DNA of 64,000 nt from Candidatus Omnitrophota bacterium (lineage in GTDB: Bacteria > Omnitrophota > Gorgyraeia > 2-01-FULL-45-10): NCBI GenBank assembly GCA_903843285.1, contig CAIMPC010000007.1, positions 92,730-156,729 of the forward strand, written 5' to 3'. How positions within the stretch are numbered: position 1 is the first letter of the stretch; each line of letters starts with the position of its first letter. Both the position numbers and the translations under genes were made by a program. The notes under the pieces are model-generated. The model did not search any database and was not told the DNA's origin. It saw only the letters and a program-made list of their open reading frames with translations. Of the stretch, positions 47,600-57,106 are shown in pieces.

Positions 47600-49134
47600 A
47601 GGTGTCGCTTATAAATCTGAGGACCAGAAGCGACCACGCTTTTCTTAATCTCGGTGCTCTCTATGTTGCCTCTAGCATACGTAGTGCCGGGCATGAATTA
47701 GAATTTGTAGATCTCGTGCGGCATCCGATGGATGACGCTGAAGTCGCCGCTGTCATCAAGAGGATTGACCCAGATCTGATAGCTTTCAGTGGCATCATAA
47801 CGACATACTATAGGCTTAAAGGGCTGAGTCAATATCTGAGGCTAACTTTTCCTTCCATTCCACAGCTTTTAGGCGGGTCCGTGGGTCAGAGCGCTCTTGG
47901 GATCATAGAGTCATACACACCGATCGATTTTGTCTGTGCGGGTGAAGGTGAAGATATGGCGATAAAGTTTCTGGATGAGCTTAAAGGCGAAAGAAGATGG
48001 GCCGATGTGCCAAATCTCCATTACAGGGTTGAGGGATCGTTCAGGATGTCCCGGAAGCAAGGGGTATACGCTGAGGACCTAGATGCCTTACCGCTACCGG
48101 CTTATGACCTCGTTGATATGGATTTTTATATAGATTATGCTACGTCGATATTCGGAACTGAACTCGCCGACTGCGGAAAAGTGCCGCGGGTCATGCCGAT
48201 GGTATTTTCGAGAGGCTGCCCGTTCTCGTGCTCTTTCTGTTATAGACTGATACGCAGATGGCGGCATCATTCAGCGGAAAATATCGTCGCGCACTTAAAG
48301 GTTTTAAAGGATAGGTATGGTATAGGTGGCATAGCCCTGAACGACGAGCTGGTCTTTGTCGACAGGGGGTGGTTTGTTTCGGCGTGTGATGCGATTCTGG
48401 CGTCCGGGGTTGGAATAAAATTTTCATGCGGCGGTGGCAAGCCCAGCATGGTGACGGAAGATATTATGGCAGCTATGAAGCGAACAGGCTTCAGACGCAT
48501 CGGTTATGGAGTAGAATCCGGCAGTTCAAAGATACTCAAATTGATGCGTAAAGAGGTGACGGTGGAAGGCAATTTTAACGCACTTGCGTTGACGCTAAAG
48601 TATGGCATGATAAGTAGAGCAAACTTTGTATTCGGCCATCCCGGCGAAGATAAGAAGACAATTCGGGAGACATTGGATTTTATCGACGGTCTATATAAAT
48701 TACAGGAAAGATATGGGGTGATTGAAGACCATATCCAGGTATGGTTCGCTACTGCATATCCGGGGTCTCCGATGTGGGAGATGGCGCTGGCAAAAGGTAT
48801 TATACATGACGAGGAAAGCTATCTTATAAAGGTTACCAGTCAGGACAAATATCTGATAAATCTTTCTGAATTAAGATCCGTCAGCCAACTCAGGAACTAT
48901 GTTTACCGCGGGCTTACAGAGCTGGATATTAAGAAGCATGCACGAAGAAAACAGTATAGGCAGCTTGTAACCGACCTTAAGCGCCTCGCTTTGCTATATA
49001 TAGTGTACTTTATGACATTGGGCCGATTTGCCAAACTATCTGATCTGTTAGAGGCGACGCGCCTTATGCCTAGCAAGAATGTATTTGCGCATATCAAGCG
49101 CGCCAAAATGAGGTATCTATGGAACAGGGCCTAA
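47596..49134 (+). CDS. cobalamin-binding (class B) radical SAM protein
   Basis: B12-domain-like N-terminus. SRGCPFSCSFC motif. ATGA overlap with the ABC gene. Confidence 0.75.
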   Translation: MKVSLINLRTRSDHAFLNLGALYVASSIRSAGHELEFVDLVRHPMDDAEVAAVIKRIDPDLIAFSGIITTYYRLKGLSQYLRLTFPSIPQLLGGSVGQSALGIIESYTPIDFVCAGEGEDMAIKFLDELKGERRWADVPNLHYRVEGSFRMSRKQGVYAEDLDALPLPAYDLVDMDFYIDYATSIFGTELADCGKVPRVMPMVFSRGCPFSCSFCYRLIRRWRHHSAENIVAHLKVLKDRYGIGGIALNDELVFVDRGWFVSACDAILASGVGIKFSCGGGKPSMVTEDIMAAMKRTGFRRIGYGVESGSSKILKLMRKEVTVEGNFNALALTLKYGMISRANFVFGHPGEDKKTIRETLDFIDGLYKLQERYGVIEDHIQVWFATAYPGSPMWEMALAKGIIHDEESYLIKVTSQDKYLINLSELRSVSQLRNYVYRGLTELDIKKHARRKQYRQLVTDLKRLALLYIVYFMTLGRFAKLSDLLEATRLMPSKNVFAHIKRAKMRYLWNRA

Positions 49135-50882
49135 AAACAAATGTATGGGAAAGCATGAGGCCTATACGAAATAATATGAATGTCGAGATACTAGACTGCA
49201 CGATACGGGATGGCGGGTATGTAAATAACTGGGATTTCGATAAGCGACTCGTGCGAGAAACCTATCGGGCGCTATCGAAAGGAGGGGTCGACTATATCGA
49301 GCTCGGCTATCATGGAAGCCAGAAATGGTTCGATAAGAAACAATATGGTGCCTTCAGGTTATCTCTCGCGGAGGACATACGATTTGTATGCAACAATATT
49401 GCGGGTGCAAAAGTTGCGGTGATGGTTGATTACGGCAAATTTGATGTAGAAGAGCTTGCTCAATATAAAGATACCCCAGTCCGGCTGATACGCATAGCCG
49501 TTCACAGGCATTCTATAAAAAAGGCGATCCATGCTGCTGCCGGAATACGACGAATGGGGTTTCTTGTTGCCGTTAACCTTATGGGATTTACGCTCTACAC
49601 GCCGAAAGAGCGAAAAAAGGTCGCGTTGCTATTTCGCGACGCGCCGATTGATTACGCTTATTTGGTTGACAGTCACGGATCCTTCTTCCCGAACCAGATA
49701 GGGGATATTTGCGGACCCCTTTTCGGCATAAGGCATATTCGATGGGGGTTCCATGCTCACAATAATCTTCAAATGGCTTTTGCCAATACTCTCAGCGCTA
49801 TGGCAGCCGGTGCCCATATAATTGATAGTTCGGTATTCGGTATGGGGCGAGGTGCCGGCAACCTGCCTACGGAGATCATCCTGGCATATATGCACCTTTT
49901 AAAGCCGGAGAAATATAACGCAATACCGGTTTTAAGCCTGGTCGATCGTTATTTTACAAAATTGTACGATGCGTCACCATGGGGGTATAACCTGCCCTTT
50001 ATGCTTTCGGGAATACATGATTGCCATCCAGATTATCCAAAAAACCTGATCAATAGAAAAGAATACGATATAGAAGATATATGGAAGATATTAAATGCCG
50101 TACGGTTAAGTGCGCCGGTCGGATTTAATAAGGAGCTCCTTGAAGGCATAATAAGAAATGGACTCTTTTCAAAAAAACCCGCCGCATCGGGAGTAGCTTC
50201 GAAAGCGAATACCAGTAAGCGCAAGAAGACCTCTGTCAGCTATCGTGGCAGGCACAGAAACGCCGATTTTCTTGTTCTTGCAAACGGCCCGAGCCTGAAA
50301 AGCAACCATAAGCAGTTAGCTGCTTTTATAAGCAAATATCAGCCGATCGTCCTGGCTTCAAATTATCTGGGAGGACTTTTTAAGCCCCACTATCATGCTT
50401 TTAGCAATAAACGAAGATTGATAGATTATATTGACACGGTCGATAAGAGTTCTCGGCTTCTTATAAGTCAGTTTATATCGCCTCAGATGATACGGGAATA
50501 CACTGACCGGGATCACGAAACCATTTATTATGAAAATACCGATGCGCAATTCACTATCAATGATGGCGTCATCAGCTCACATTGCAGAACCGTGGCGCTT
50601 TTATTGCTGGGCGTAGCTATTGTTATGGGCGCTAGGCGTATTTTTGTTGCAGGCTTGGATGGGTATACCGGCATAAATAAGAAGGGGCAGATTCATTTCT
50701 ATAATGAGAAGGATGAGACGGAAGATAGGAATGTGCTAATGGAAAAACATATGAGTAATTTACGCTACCTTGAACAGATAGATGAGTATATGTGCTCTCA
50801 CGGAAAAGAAGGTATCCATATTATAACGCCTACCAACTACACTAAGTATTATAAAGGCATTGAGAATTATATATCAAAATAA
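49119..50882 (+). CDS. fusion protein: N-terminal HMGL-like (pyruvate carboxyltransferase/aldolase TIM-barrel) domain plus C-terminal GT42/Maf(DUF115)-like sialyltransferase domain
   Basis: N-terminal LDCTIRDGGY (DxxLRDG-like aldolase motif). C-terminal FLVLANGPSLK and RRIFVAGLDGY resemble the IIAGNGPSL and IYLSGIDFY blocks of Cst-II-type alpha-2,3/2,8-sialyltransferases. Confidence 0.55.
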   Translation: MEQGLKTNVWESMRPIRNNMNVEILDCTIRDGGYVNNWDFDKRLVRETYRALSKGGVDYIELGYHGSQKWFDKKQYGAFRLSLAEDIRFVCNNIAGAKVAVMVDYGKFDVEELAQYKDTPVRLIRIAVHRHSIKKAIHAAAGIRRMGFLVAVNLMGFTLYTPKERKKVALLFRDAPIDYAYLVDSHGSFFPNQIGDICGPLFGIRHIRWGFHAHNNLQMAFANTLSAMAAGAHIIDSSVFGMGRGAGNLPTEIILAYMHLLKPEKYNAIPVLSLVDRYFTKLYDASPWGYNLPFMLSGIHDCHPDYPKNLINRKEYDIEDIWKILNAVRLSAPVGFNKELLEGIIRNGLFSKKPAASGVASKANTSKRKKTSVSYRGRHRNADFLVLANGPSLKSNHKQLAAFISKYQPIVLASNYLGGLFKPHYHAFSNKRRLIDYIDTVDKSSRLLISQFISPQMIREYTDRDHETIYYENTDAQFTINDGVISSHCRTVALLLLGVAIVMGARRIFVAGLDGYTGINKKGQIHFYNEKDETEDRNVLMEKHMSNLRYLEQIDEYMCSHGKEGIHIITPTNYTKYYKGIENYISK

Positions 50883-50906
50883 GGTGTTATTTAACGGAGG
50901 TGTATT

Positions 50907-51638
50907 ATCAAAACGGTAGGAATCATTCCGGCTCGATATGAATCTTCAAGGTTTCCGGGCAAACCCATTATAGAACTCTGCGGTAAGCCAATGATAATCT
51001 GGGTGGCGGAAGTCACTGCTAAGGCTCTCGGAAAAGAAAACACCTATGTCGCTACCGATGACAAGCGTATATCGGACACGGTAAGAAGGAGCGGCTTTAA
51101 GTCCATTTTGACATCAGAGAAGGCAATGACCGGCACCGATCGAATAGCGGAGGCGGCGCGAACAATAGACGCCGATATTTATATTAATATTCAGGGTGAC
51201 GAACCTTTGCTTGATCCGGATGATATAAAAAAGGCAGTGGCCGCAAAGAAGAAATTTCCGAAAGCAGTCATTAACTGCATGTGCGTCCTTGGAAGTGACG
51301 AGGACCCATCCAATCCTAACATACCGAAGGTCATTACGACTGAAGATGAACGCCTTGTTTACATATCGCGTCTGCCGGTTCCGGGGTCGAAGTCTATAGA
51401 TAATTATCCTAAGACATTTTGGAGGCAAGTCTGCATTTATGCATTCTCGGGGGACGAGTTAAACGCGTTTAGCGGGTTTGGACGTAAGGGCAATCTGGAG
51501 CGCATTGAAGATATAGAAATATTGCGCTTCCTTGAATTGAGTATCCCAGTTCGAATGGTGAAAGTCACCAGCGGCTCAAAGGCAGTCGATGTGCCCGAGG
51601 ATGTCCGTGCGGTAGAGACTTTACTGAGGGCCAGATGA
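50907..51638 (+). CDS. kdsB: 3-deoxy-manno-octulosonate cytidylyltransferase (KdsB) family CMP-sugar synthetase; non-AUG start or 5' lesion
   Basis: In-frame translation upstream of the first ATG (50991) reads KTVGIIPARYESSRFPGKPIIELCGKPMIIW, which is the conserved KdsB N-terminus. GDEPLL motif downstream. Only ATT (50904) or ATC (50907) is available after a GGAGG RBS (50896-50900); the frame is closed by TAA at 50892. Confidence 0.6.
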   Translation: MKTVGIIPARYESSRFPGKPIIELCGKPMIIWVAEVTAKALGKENTYVATDDKRISDTVRRSGFKSILTSEKAMTGTDRIAEAARTIDADIYINIQGDEPLLDPDDIKKAVAAKKKFPKAVINCMCVLGSDEDPSNPNIPKVITTEDERLVYISRLPVPGSKSIDNYPKTFWRQVCIYAFSGDELNAFSGFGRKGNLERIEDIEILRFLELSIPVRMVKVTSGSKAVDVPEDVRAVETLLRAR

Positions 51639-52312
51639 TCTCAATAAACAAATATAAGACTTGGATATTCGATTGCGATGGTGTTATTTTGGATTCCAAT
51701 GGTATTAAGACAGAAGCATTTTATGAAGTGGCGCTACCGTATGGAAAGGATAACGCCGCAGCTCTGGTGAAGTACCACAAAGAATACGGCGGGATGTCGC
51801 GTTTTAGAAAATTCGATTATTTCTTTAAGGATATCCTAAAGATGAAAGTTTTTGACAATGAATTTGCGCGAGCGTTGGAAAAATATGGATCGCTTGTCAG
51901 CAAGAAGATGATAGGATGTCCGGAATCACAGGGTTTAAGATCGTTCTTGGGCCTGATACCGGAAAAAATCCGCAAGATAGTCGTCTCGGGAGGCATGGAA
52001 AATGAACTACGGGATATTTTTGCAAAGCGTGGACTCAGCGTATATTTTAATGATATATATGGCAGCCCAGATGCTAAAGAGGTAATACTGAAGAGGGAGC
52101 AAAAGGCGGGCATGATAGCATCGCCCTCGATATTTATTGGTGACACGCAATATGATCACGAGTGCGCGCAAAAGATAGGCGCAGATTTTATATTCATGTC
52201 CGGGTATACTGAATTTGATGGATGGAAGCATTATTGCGATGTAAAAAATGTTATTGTTGTCCAGGATTTAACATATCTCAAAGCTCGTTTGGATGGTGGA
52301 AAGAACTCATGA
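51635..52312 (+). CDS. HAD-superfamily hydrolase (phosphatase, subfamily IA-like)
   Basis: WIFDCDGVILDS motif I (DxDG). Downstream GDTQYD motif. Confidence 0.7.
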   Translation: MISINKYKTWIFDCDGVILDSNGIKTEAFYEVALPYGKDNAAALVKYHKEYGGMSRFRKFDYFFKDILKMKVFDNEFARALEKYGSLVSKKMIGCPESQGLRSFLGLIPEKIRKIVVSGGMENELRDIFAKRGLSVYFNDIYGSPDAKEVILKREQKAGMIASPSIFIGDTQYDHECAQKIGADFIFMSGYTEFDGWKHYCDVKNVIVVQDLTYLKARLDGGKNS

Positions 52313-53838
52313 GCGATGAAGCAGACAGTCTTATGAGGATATTTGATGCGATAGCTAAAGTGAATAAGGAAGCTTATAGGGACGTGTTCATGATATCCAA
52401 CTCAGTGTTGAATAAAAACCCTTTCAATAATAATTTATTTAAAAGGTATTCACGCAAAGAAGCTATCGGCAAGTATCCGTTTTGCGCTAAGGTATATAAG
52501 CTTTTGCTGTATTATATTAAGAGCACGCTGTATTTTGGAATGTATCTCATCAGGTTTTTTGAGTTCGTTGTATCGGGGTTTAAGTTCGATTTATCAAGCG
52601 GCGGCAAAGAACTCGTGCTTATAGACGTTCCGTTTTTGCTGGAGGATATTGCGAAGTCATCAGCTTTTCGTGATCGGTACCTTCCAGGCCTGGAGGATAT
52701 TCTGAAGAAGAGAGGGAGGCAATACGCCTATCTGCCGCTATTTTACAGCCAGCAGAATCACAAGAGGCCGTTAGAGCTTCTGCGCGCCCTAAGAATATTG
52801 AAGAGATTTAAGATACCGCTAATAACCGAATATCAGATGTTCAGCTTGAGCGATATTTTCAAGCTCATTTTCTTTATATTGACCTACCCGTTTCACGTGA
52901 TAAGGTGTGCAGACAAGATACAGGATGATACAGAAGAAGGAAAGGCCGTAAAATATGAATTGATGGATACTCTTGACCAGGCGACTTTTTATAATTATTC
53001 ACGCCTTCTCTTAGGAAGGCGGATAGCGCGGATGCGTTACGCAGGCATAAAAGTTATAAGCTGGTATGAGAACCGTCCAACCGATAAAAATCTTTACAAA
53101 GGATTAAGGGATGGTTCGCACTCGGCGCATATCAGAATCTACGGCGCACAGCTATTTCTCTATTCAAAAAAAACGCCCTGTTTCGTCCCTCATGAAGATG
53201 AGCTCGATTTTGGGGTTTTGCCGGATAAGATACTGGCTAATGGGCCGTATTATATTCAGAATGGGACACGCCTCAATCACGTTGTAGGGCCTTCGCTCAG
53301 ATACGCAGGCATTTTCGCAATGGATGTAAATCAAACCGACCGTACCAATATCCTGATCTTATTGCCATATTTTATTAAAGACGCGGAGAAAATATTAAAG
53401 ACGCTAGCAAGCGCGGCGATGTCTCGAAGAAAGTTTTTTATTAAAGCGCATCCGGCTACACCGCTTTCAAGGTTTAAGGGTCTTCTGCCTGCGAGTGCGA
53501 TGATAGTGAGAGATGATATATTCAAACTTTTTAGGACGACTAAGATACTTATCGGTGCTGCGAGCGGTACTATGATAGAAGCTGCGAGCGTGGGTATTCC
53601 GGTCATTGCTATTAAAAGCCATGATGGACTGGATATTAATAATCCTATGCCGGAATACGGCCGGGGAATAATATGGGATTATGCGCTTGACGCCGTAAGC
53701 CTGAATGAACAGATAAAAGCATTCGAGGAGAAGCTTGCTACGAGAGCTGTGATAATAAGGGATGTAGCAGCAAAATATAAAGATATGTTCTTTTCCCGGC
53801 CTACGGAAAGTGCGATCGTCGATGCGTTCGAGCTTTAA
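52309..53838 (+). CDS. putative CMP-sugar (nonulosonate/Kdo) glycosyltransferase, sialyltransferase/KpsC-KpsS-like GT-B with HP motif
   Basis: FIKAHPATP (HP motif), then ILIGAASGTMIEAASVGIPVIAIK, resembling the C-terminal half of capsule Kdo transferases and sialyltransferases. Start at ATG 52309 (ATGA overlap with the HAD gene). Confidence 0.4.
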   Translation: MSDEADSLMRIFDAIAKVNKEAYRDVFMISNSVLNKNPFNNNLFKRYSRKEAIGKYPFCAKVYKLLLYYIKSTLYFGMYLIRFFEFVVSGFKFDLSSGGKELVLIDVPFLLEDIAKSSAFRDRYLPGLEDILKKRGRQYAYLPLFYSQQNHKRPLELLRALRILKRFKIPLITEYQMFSLSDIFKLIFFILTYPFHVIRCADKIQDDTEEGKAVKYELMDTLDQATFYNYSRLLLGRRIARMRYAGIKVISWYENRPTDKNLYKGLRDGSHSAHIRIYGAQLFLYSKKTPCFVPHEDELDFGVLPDKILANGPYYIQNGTRLNHVVGPSLRYAGIFAMDVNQTDRTNILILLPYFIKDAEKILKTLASAAMSRRKFFIKAHPATPLSRFKGLLPASAMIVRDDIFKLFRTTKILIGAASGTMIEAASVGIPVIAIKSHDGLDINNPMPEYGRGIIWDYALDAVSLNEQIKAFEEKLATRAVIIRDVAAKYKDMFFSRPTESAIVDAFEL

Positions 53839-53865
53839 ATAGATGCAATATAAAAGGATAGTGTC

Positions 53866-54801
53866 TTGGAATCGATAAACCCGAAAGATCCGGTTCGCTC
53901 GGAATTTAGCGTAGTCATAACGGTCTATAATAAGGAAAAGTATATAGCCCGCGTGATAGAGTCTGTGCTAAGCCAGACCTTTCAGGACTTTGAAGTGATA
54001 GTGGTGGATGATGGATCTACGGACGGTAGCAGAGACGCCATTCTGTCATTCGATGACAGCCGTATAAAGTACGTGCACCAGGATAATAGCGGCCTTCCCG
54101 CAGCGGCGAGGAATAAAGGCATGGATCTTTCGCGAGGCAGATATATCGCACTTCTTGACGGAGACGATTATTGGCATAAAGATAAGCTGATGAGATGTAA
54201 AGAGGTGCTGGACAAGATGCCGGAGGTCAGCCTGGTGAGCCATAATATAGCTTTTATGTACAAAGGCAAGGCCCTGAGGATAGTTAAGTTCGGGCCGTAC
54301 GTAAAGCGTATGTACGATAAGTTATTATTTGAAGGTAATTGCCTCGGCCCTTCGGCTGTTGTTATACGAAGAGAAGTCTTCTTTGATGACGGCTTCAGGT
54401 TCAATGAGGATAAGTCGCTCTTTGCGCTGGAGGATTATGAGTACTGGATGCAGCTATCGCGCAAACACCGGTTTTATTTCATTCCCGACGTGCTCGGATA
54501 TTACACAGCTACGGACTGCGGAGCATTTTCTAAAGATACCGATGGAAATGCCATGAATTTGCTCCTGCTTCTGGACACTCATTTCGCAAAGCTGGATACG
54601 ACGGGCAAGAATATACGGAAGATATGGATGCGGCGCAGAGCTTCTGCGATGTGCGGGGCCGGCAGGATGTACAATCATCTGCATAAATTTGAGGATAGTA
54701 GAGAGTGGTATTTAAAGGCGCTCAGCGAGTATCCGTTTAGCTTTAAGGCGTTTATCGGGCTCGTGATGTCTGTACTAAGGGTCAGCGTAGTCTATAAATA
54801 G
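53866..54801 (+). CDS. glycosyltransferase family 2
   Basis: FSVVITVYNKEKYI...VIVVDDGSTDGS and ALLDGDDYW (DxD) motifs. TTG start after an AAAGGA RBS. Confidence 0.7.
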   Translation: MESINPKDPVRSEFSVVITVYNKEKYIARVIESVLSQTFQDFEVIVVDDGSTDGSRDAILSFDDSRIKYVHQDNSGLPAAARNKGMDLSRGRYIALLDGDDYWHKDKLMRCKEVLDKMPEVSLVSHNIAFMYKGKALRIVKFGPYVKRMYDKLLFEGNCLGPSAVVIRREVFFDDGFRFNEDKSLFALEDYEYWMQLSRKHRFYFIPDVLGYYTATDCGAFSKDTDGNAMNLLLLLDTHFAKLDTTGKNIRKIWMRRRASAMCGAGRMYNHLHKFEDSREWYLKALSEYPFSFKAFIGLVMSVLRVSVVYK

Positions 54802-54823
54802 CGTCAGGAGAAATTCTTGCAAT

Positions 54824-56320
54824 ATGAAAAAAAATACGATTGCGCTTTTCTATCCTAAGACGGAAAAAGAGAGCGTTAATAAGAACTTACCATTTGCCAT
54901 ACTGAAGCTGGGATCCGAGCTTAAGGGTGAGGGGTATGACCTTGCTATCATAGATGAGAGATTTGAAGAGCAGTATCAACACCGTCTATCTGAAGTTCTA
55001 GATAAAGCAATCTGTTTCGGCGTCAGCGTTATGACCGGATATCAGATACAGAGCGGCCTGTCGGCATCTGAATTTGTCAGGAAGATCAACAAGAATGTGC
55101 CGATAGTGTGGGGCGGCTGGCACCCGTCGATATTACCGCGGGAAACACTGGAAAATGCTAACATCGATATTGTGGTCATGGGGCAGGGGGAGAGGACCCT
55201 ATGCGAATTGGCCGGTACCCTAAAAAAGGGAGGGCCGCTCGAAGGGATCGACGGGCTTTCATACAAGAAGGGCGGAAGCATAGTCATTAATAAACGGCGG
55301 GAACCGCAGGACGTTAATACTCTCCATCCCTTAAGGTTCGATGTCCTCGATATAGAGAGATACATTTTCCGAAGCGCTCTTGGCAATCGATCGATCTTCT
55401 GGAATTCTTCTCAGGGATGCCCTTACGGATGCGGCTTCTGCAGTACGCCAGCTGTGTACCACAGGCGATGGACCGGACTAAAGGCGGAAACCCTTATAGG
55501 CCAGCTCTCGACCCTAGTCGATAAATACAAGATAGACAGCGTTACGTTTGCAGAGGATAATTTTTTCGTAGATATCAAAAGGGTCGAAACGTTATGCGAA
55601 CTCCTGATAATAAATAAGATAAAGCTTAAGTGGGCCTCCGACGTCCGTGTCGATAAGATCATACATTTTTCGGACGATATGATGCGTCTATTAAAAGAGA
55701 GCGGTTGCGTTAAATTATACGTAGGTGCGGAGTCGGGTGACCAGGATGTCCTTACCCTGATAAATAAGATGATAAGAGTGGAAGATACTTATAAGGCCGC
55801 TGAGATGCTGGATAAGTATAAGATCATATCGGAGTTCTTCGTTATAGTCGGGTTCCCGAACGCCCCGAAGAAGGATTTAGCGAAAACGCTCGAGCTTATA
55901 AAAGGCATTAAATCCCGTTATCCTGATCATCAGTTTTCGACATATATTTATACTCCGTATCCCGGGACACCGCTCCTGGGTTTGGCCGTGGAACACGGCC
56001 TTAAGATACCTGACAAATTGGAAGATTGGGTACGATGGAATATACTCTCCATTAATACACCATGGGTAGATGAGAAATATCTCGATACCGTTAATATGTA
56101 TTCCAAGTGTTATTACCCGCTTGCGTTTCCGTCCCCGGCTTTAAAGAAAAAATTTAATGAGAATTTATTAGGGCTGGTGTATCTTATATTGCATAAACTA
56201 TCGCTTTTCAGGGTGAATAATAATTTCTTTATTTTCCCCGTAGAATGGAAGCTCGTTAAAGCGTTTAACGGGATTAGAACCAGATATGGCATATTCAAGG
56301 AGATGGAATCTTTCAGGTAG
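54824..56320 (+). CDS. cobalamin-binding (class B) radical SAM protein
   Basis: B12-domain motif VWGGWHPSILP. SQGCPYGCGFC motif. Close paralog of 12301. Confidence 0.8.
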   Translation: MKKNTIALFYPKTEKESVNKNLPFAILKLGSELKGEGYDLAIIDERFEEQYQHRLSEVLDKAICFGVSVMTGYQIQSGLSASEFVRKINKNVPIVWGGWHPSILPRETLENANIDIVVMGQGERTLCELAGTLKKGGPLEGIDGLSYKKGGSIVINKRREPQDVNTLHPLRFDVLDIERYIFRSALGNRSIFWNSSQGCPYGCGFCSTPAVYHRRWTGLKAETLIGQLSTLVDKYKIDSVTFAEDNFFVDIKRVETLCELLIINKIKLKWASDVRVDKIIHFSDDMMRLLKESGCVKLYVGAESGDQDVLTLINKMIRVEDTYKAAEMLDKYKIISEFFVIVGFPNAPKKDLAKTLELIKGIKSRYPDHQFSTYIYTPYPGTPLLGLAVEHGLKIPDKLEDWVRWNILSINTPWVDEKYLDTVNMYSKCYYPLAFPSPALKKKFNENLLGLVYLILHKLSLFRVNNNFFIFPVEWKLVKAFNGIRTRYGIFKEMESFR

Positions 56321-56356
56321 TTTTATTTAATTAAACATATTATCAGGAGAAAGACG

Positions 56357-57106
56357 ATGGATAAGAAGCAGGAGATAAAAGATCTTTACGATGGGTATGC
56401 AGAATATAGATATAATGATGCAACAAATATCAAGGATATCCATACAGATATCTCTCCCGTAATGAGGTACTATCGCAGCAGAAAAGTCGAGACTGCGCTC
56501 GGCATGGGAAAGTTTGCCAGCGGAGCTAATCTTCTGGAAGTTGGCTCAAATGCCGGTCAATATACCACCATTTTAGTTGAAAAAGGTTTTGCAATGACCG
56601 GGATCGACCTTTCCGACAAGGCGTTGGTAGTGGCCAGAAGAAACGCCGAGCTTTCGAATCTTAAGAATGTCGAATATTTCACCTCTGATGCCGAAGATAT
56701 GAGTCTGTTTAAGGACAATACCTTTGATGGTGTCGTGTCATTTTCAACATTACGCTACGTCCCCGATTTGAAGAAAGCGCTAGGCGAGATATACAGGGTC
56801 ACTAAGAAAGGCGGAACGGTAGCACTGGATTTCCCTAACAAGCACTGTCCCTGGTTTAACATCCTGAAGAATAAATTCGGAGTGAACAACCATATCTACG
56901 ATAACTTCTATTCAGCAGGGGAGCTGCGCAGATTATTTGCCGCCGTTGGCTTTACTGTCATTGAGACTCGGAATATATTGTATACCCATTACAAATTCAG
57001 CCCAAGATTACTTGCGACATTCAAAGCCATCGATTTCGTCGGTGAGCGCACTCCCGTGCTCAAAGAACTCGCTGCCATTATTTTCTGTAAAGGCGTAAAA
57101 TCTTGA
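56357..57106 (+). CDS. class I SAM-dependent methyltransferase
   Basis: LLEVGSNAGQY motif I. FDGVVSFSTLRYV motif. Confidence 0.65.
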   Translation: MDKKQEIKDLYDGYAEYRYNDATNIKDIHTDISPVMRYYRSRKVETALGMGKFASGANLLEVGSNAGQYTTILVEKGFAMTGIDLSDKALVVARRNAELSNLKNVEYFTSDAEDMSLFKDNTFDGVVSFSTLRYVPDLKKALGEIYRVTKKGGTVALDFPNKHCPWFNILKNKFGVNNHIYDNFYSAGELRRLFAAVGFTVIETRNILYTHYKFSPRLLATFKAIDFVGERTPVLKELAAIIFCKGVKS

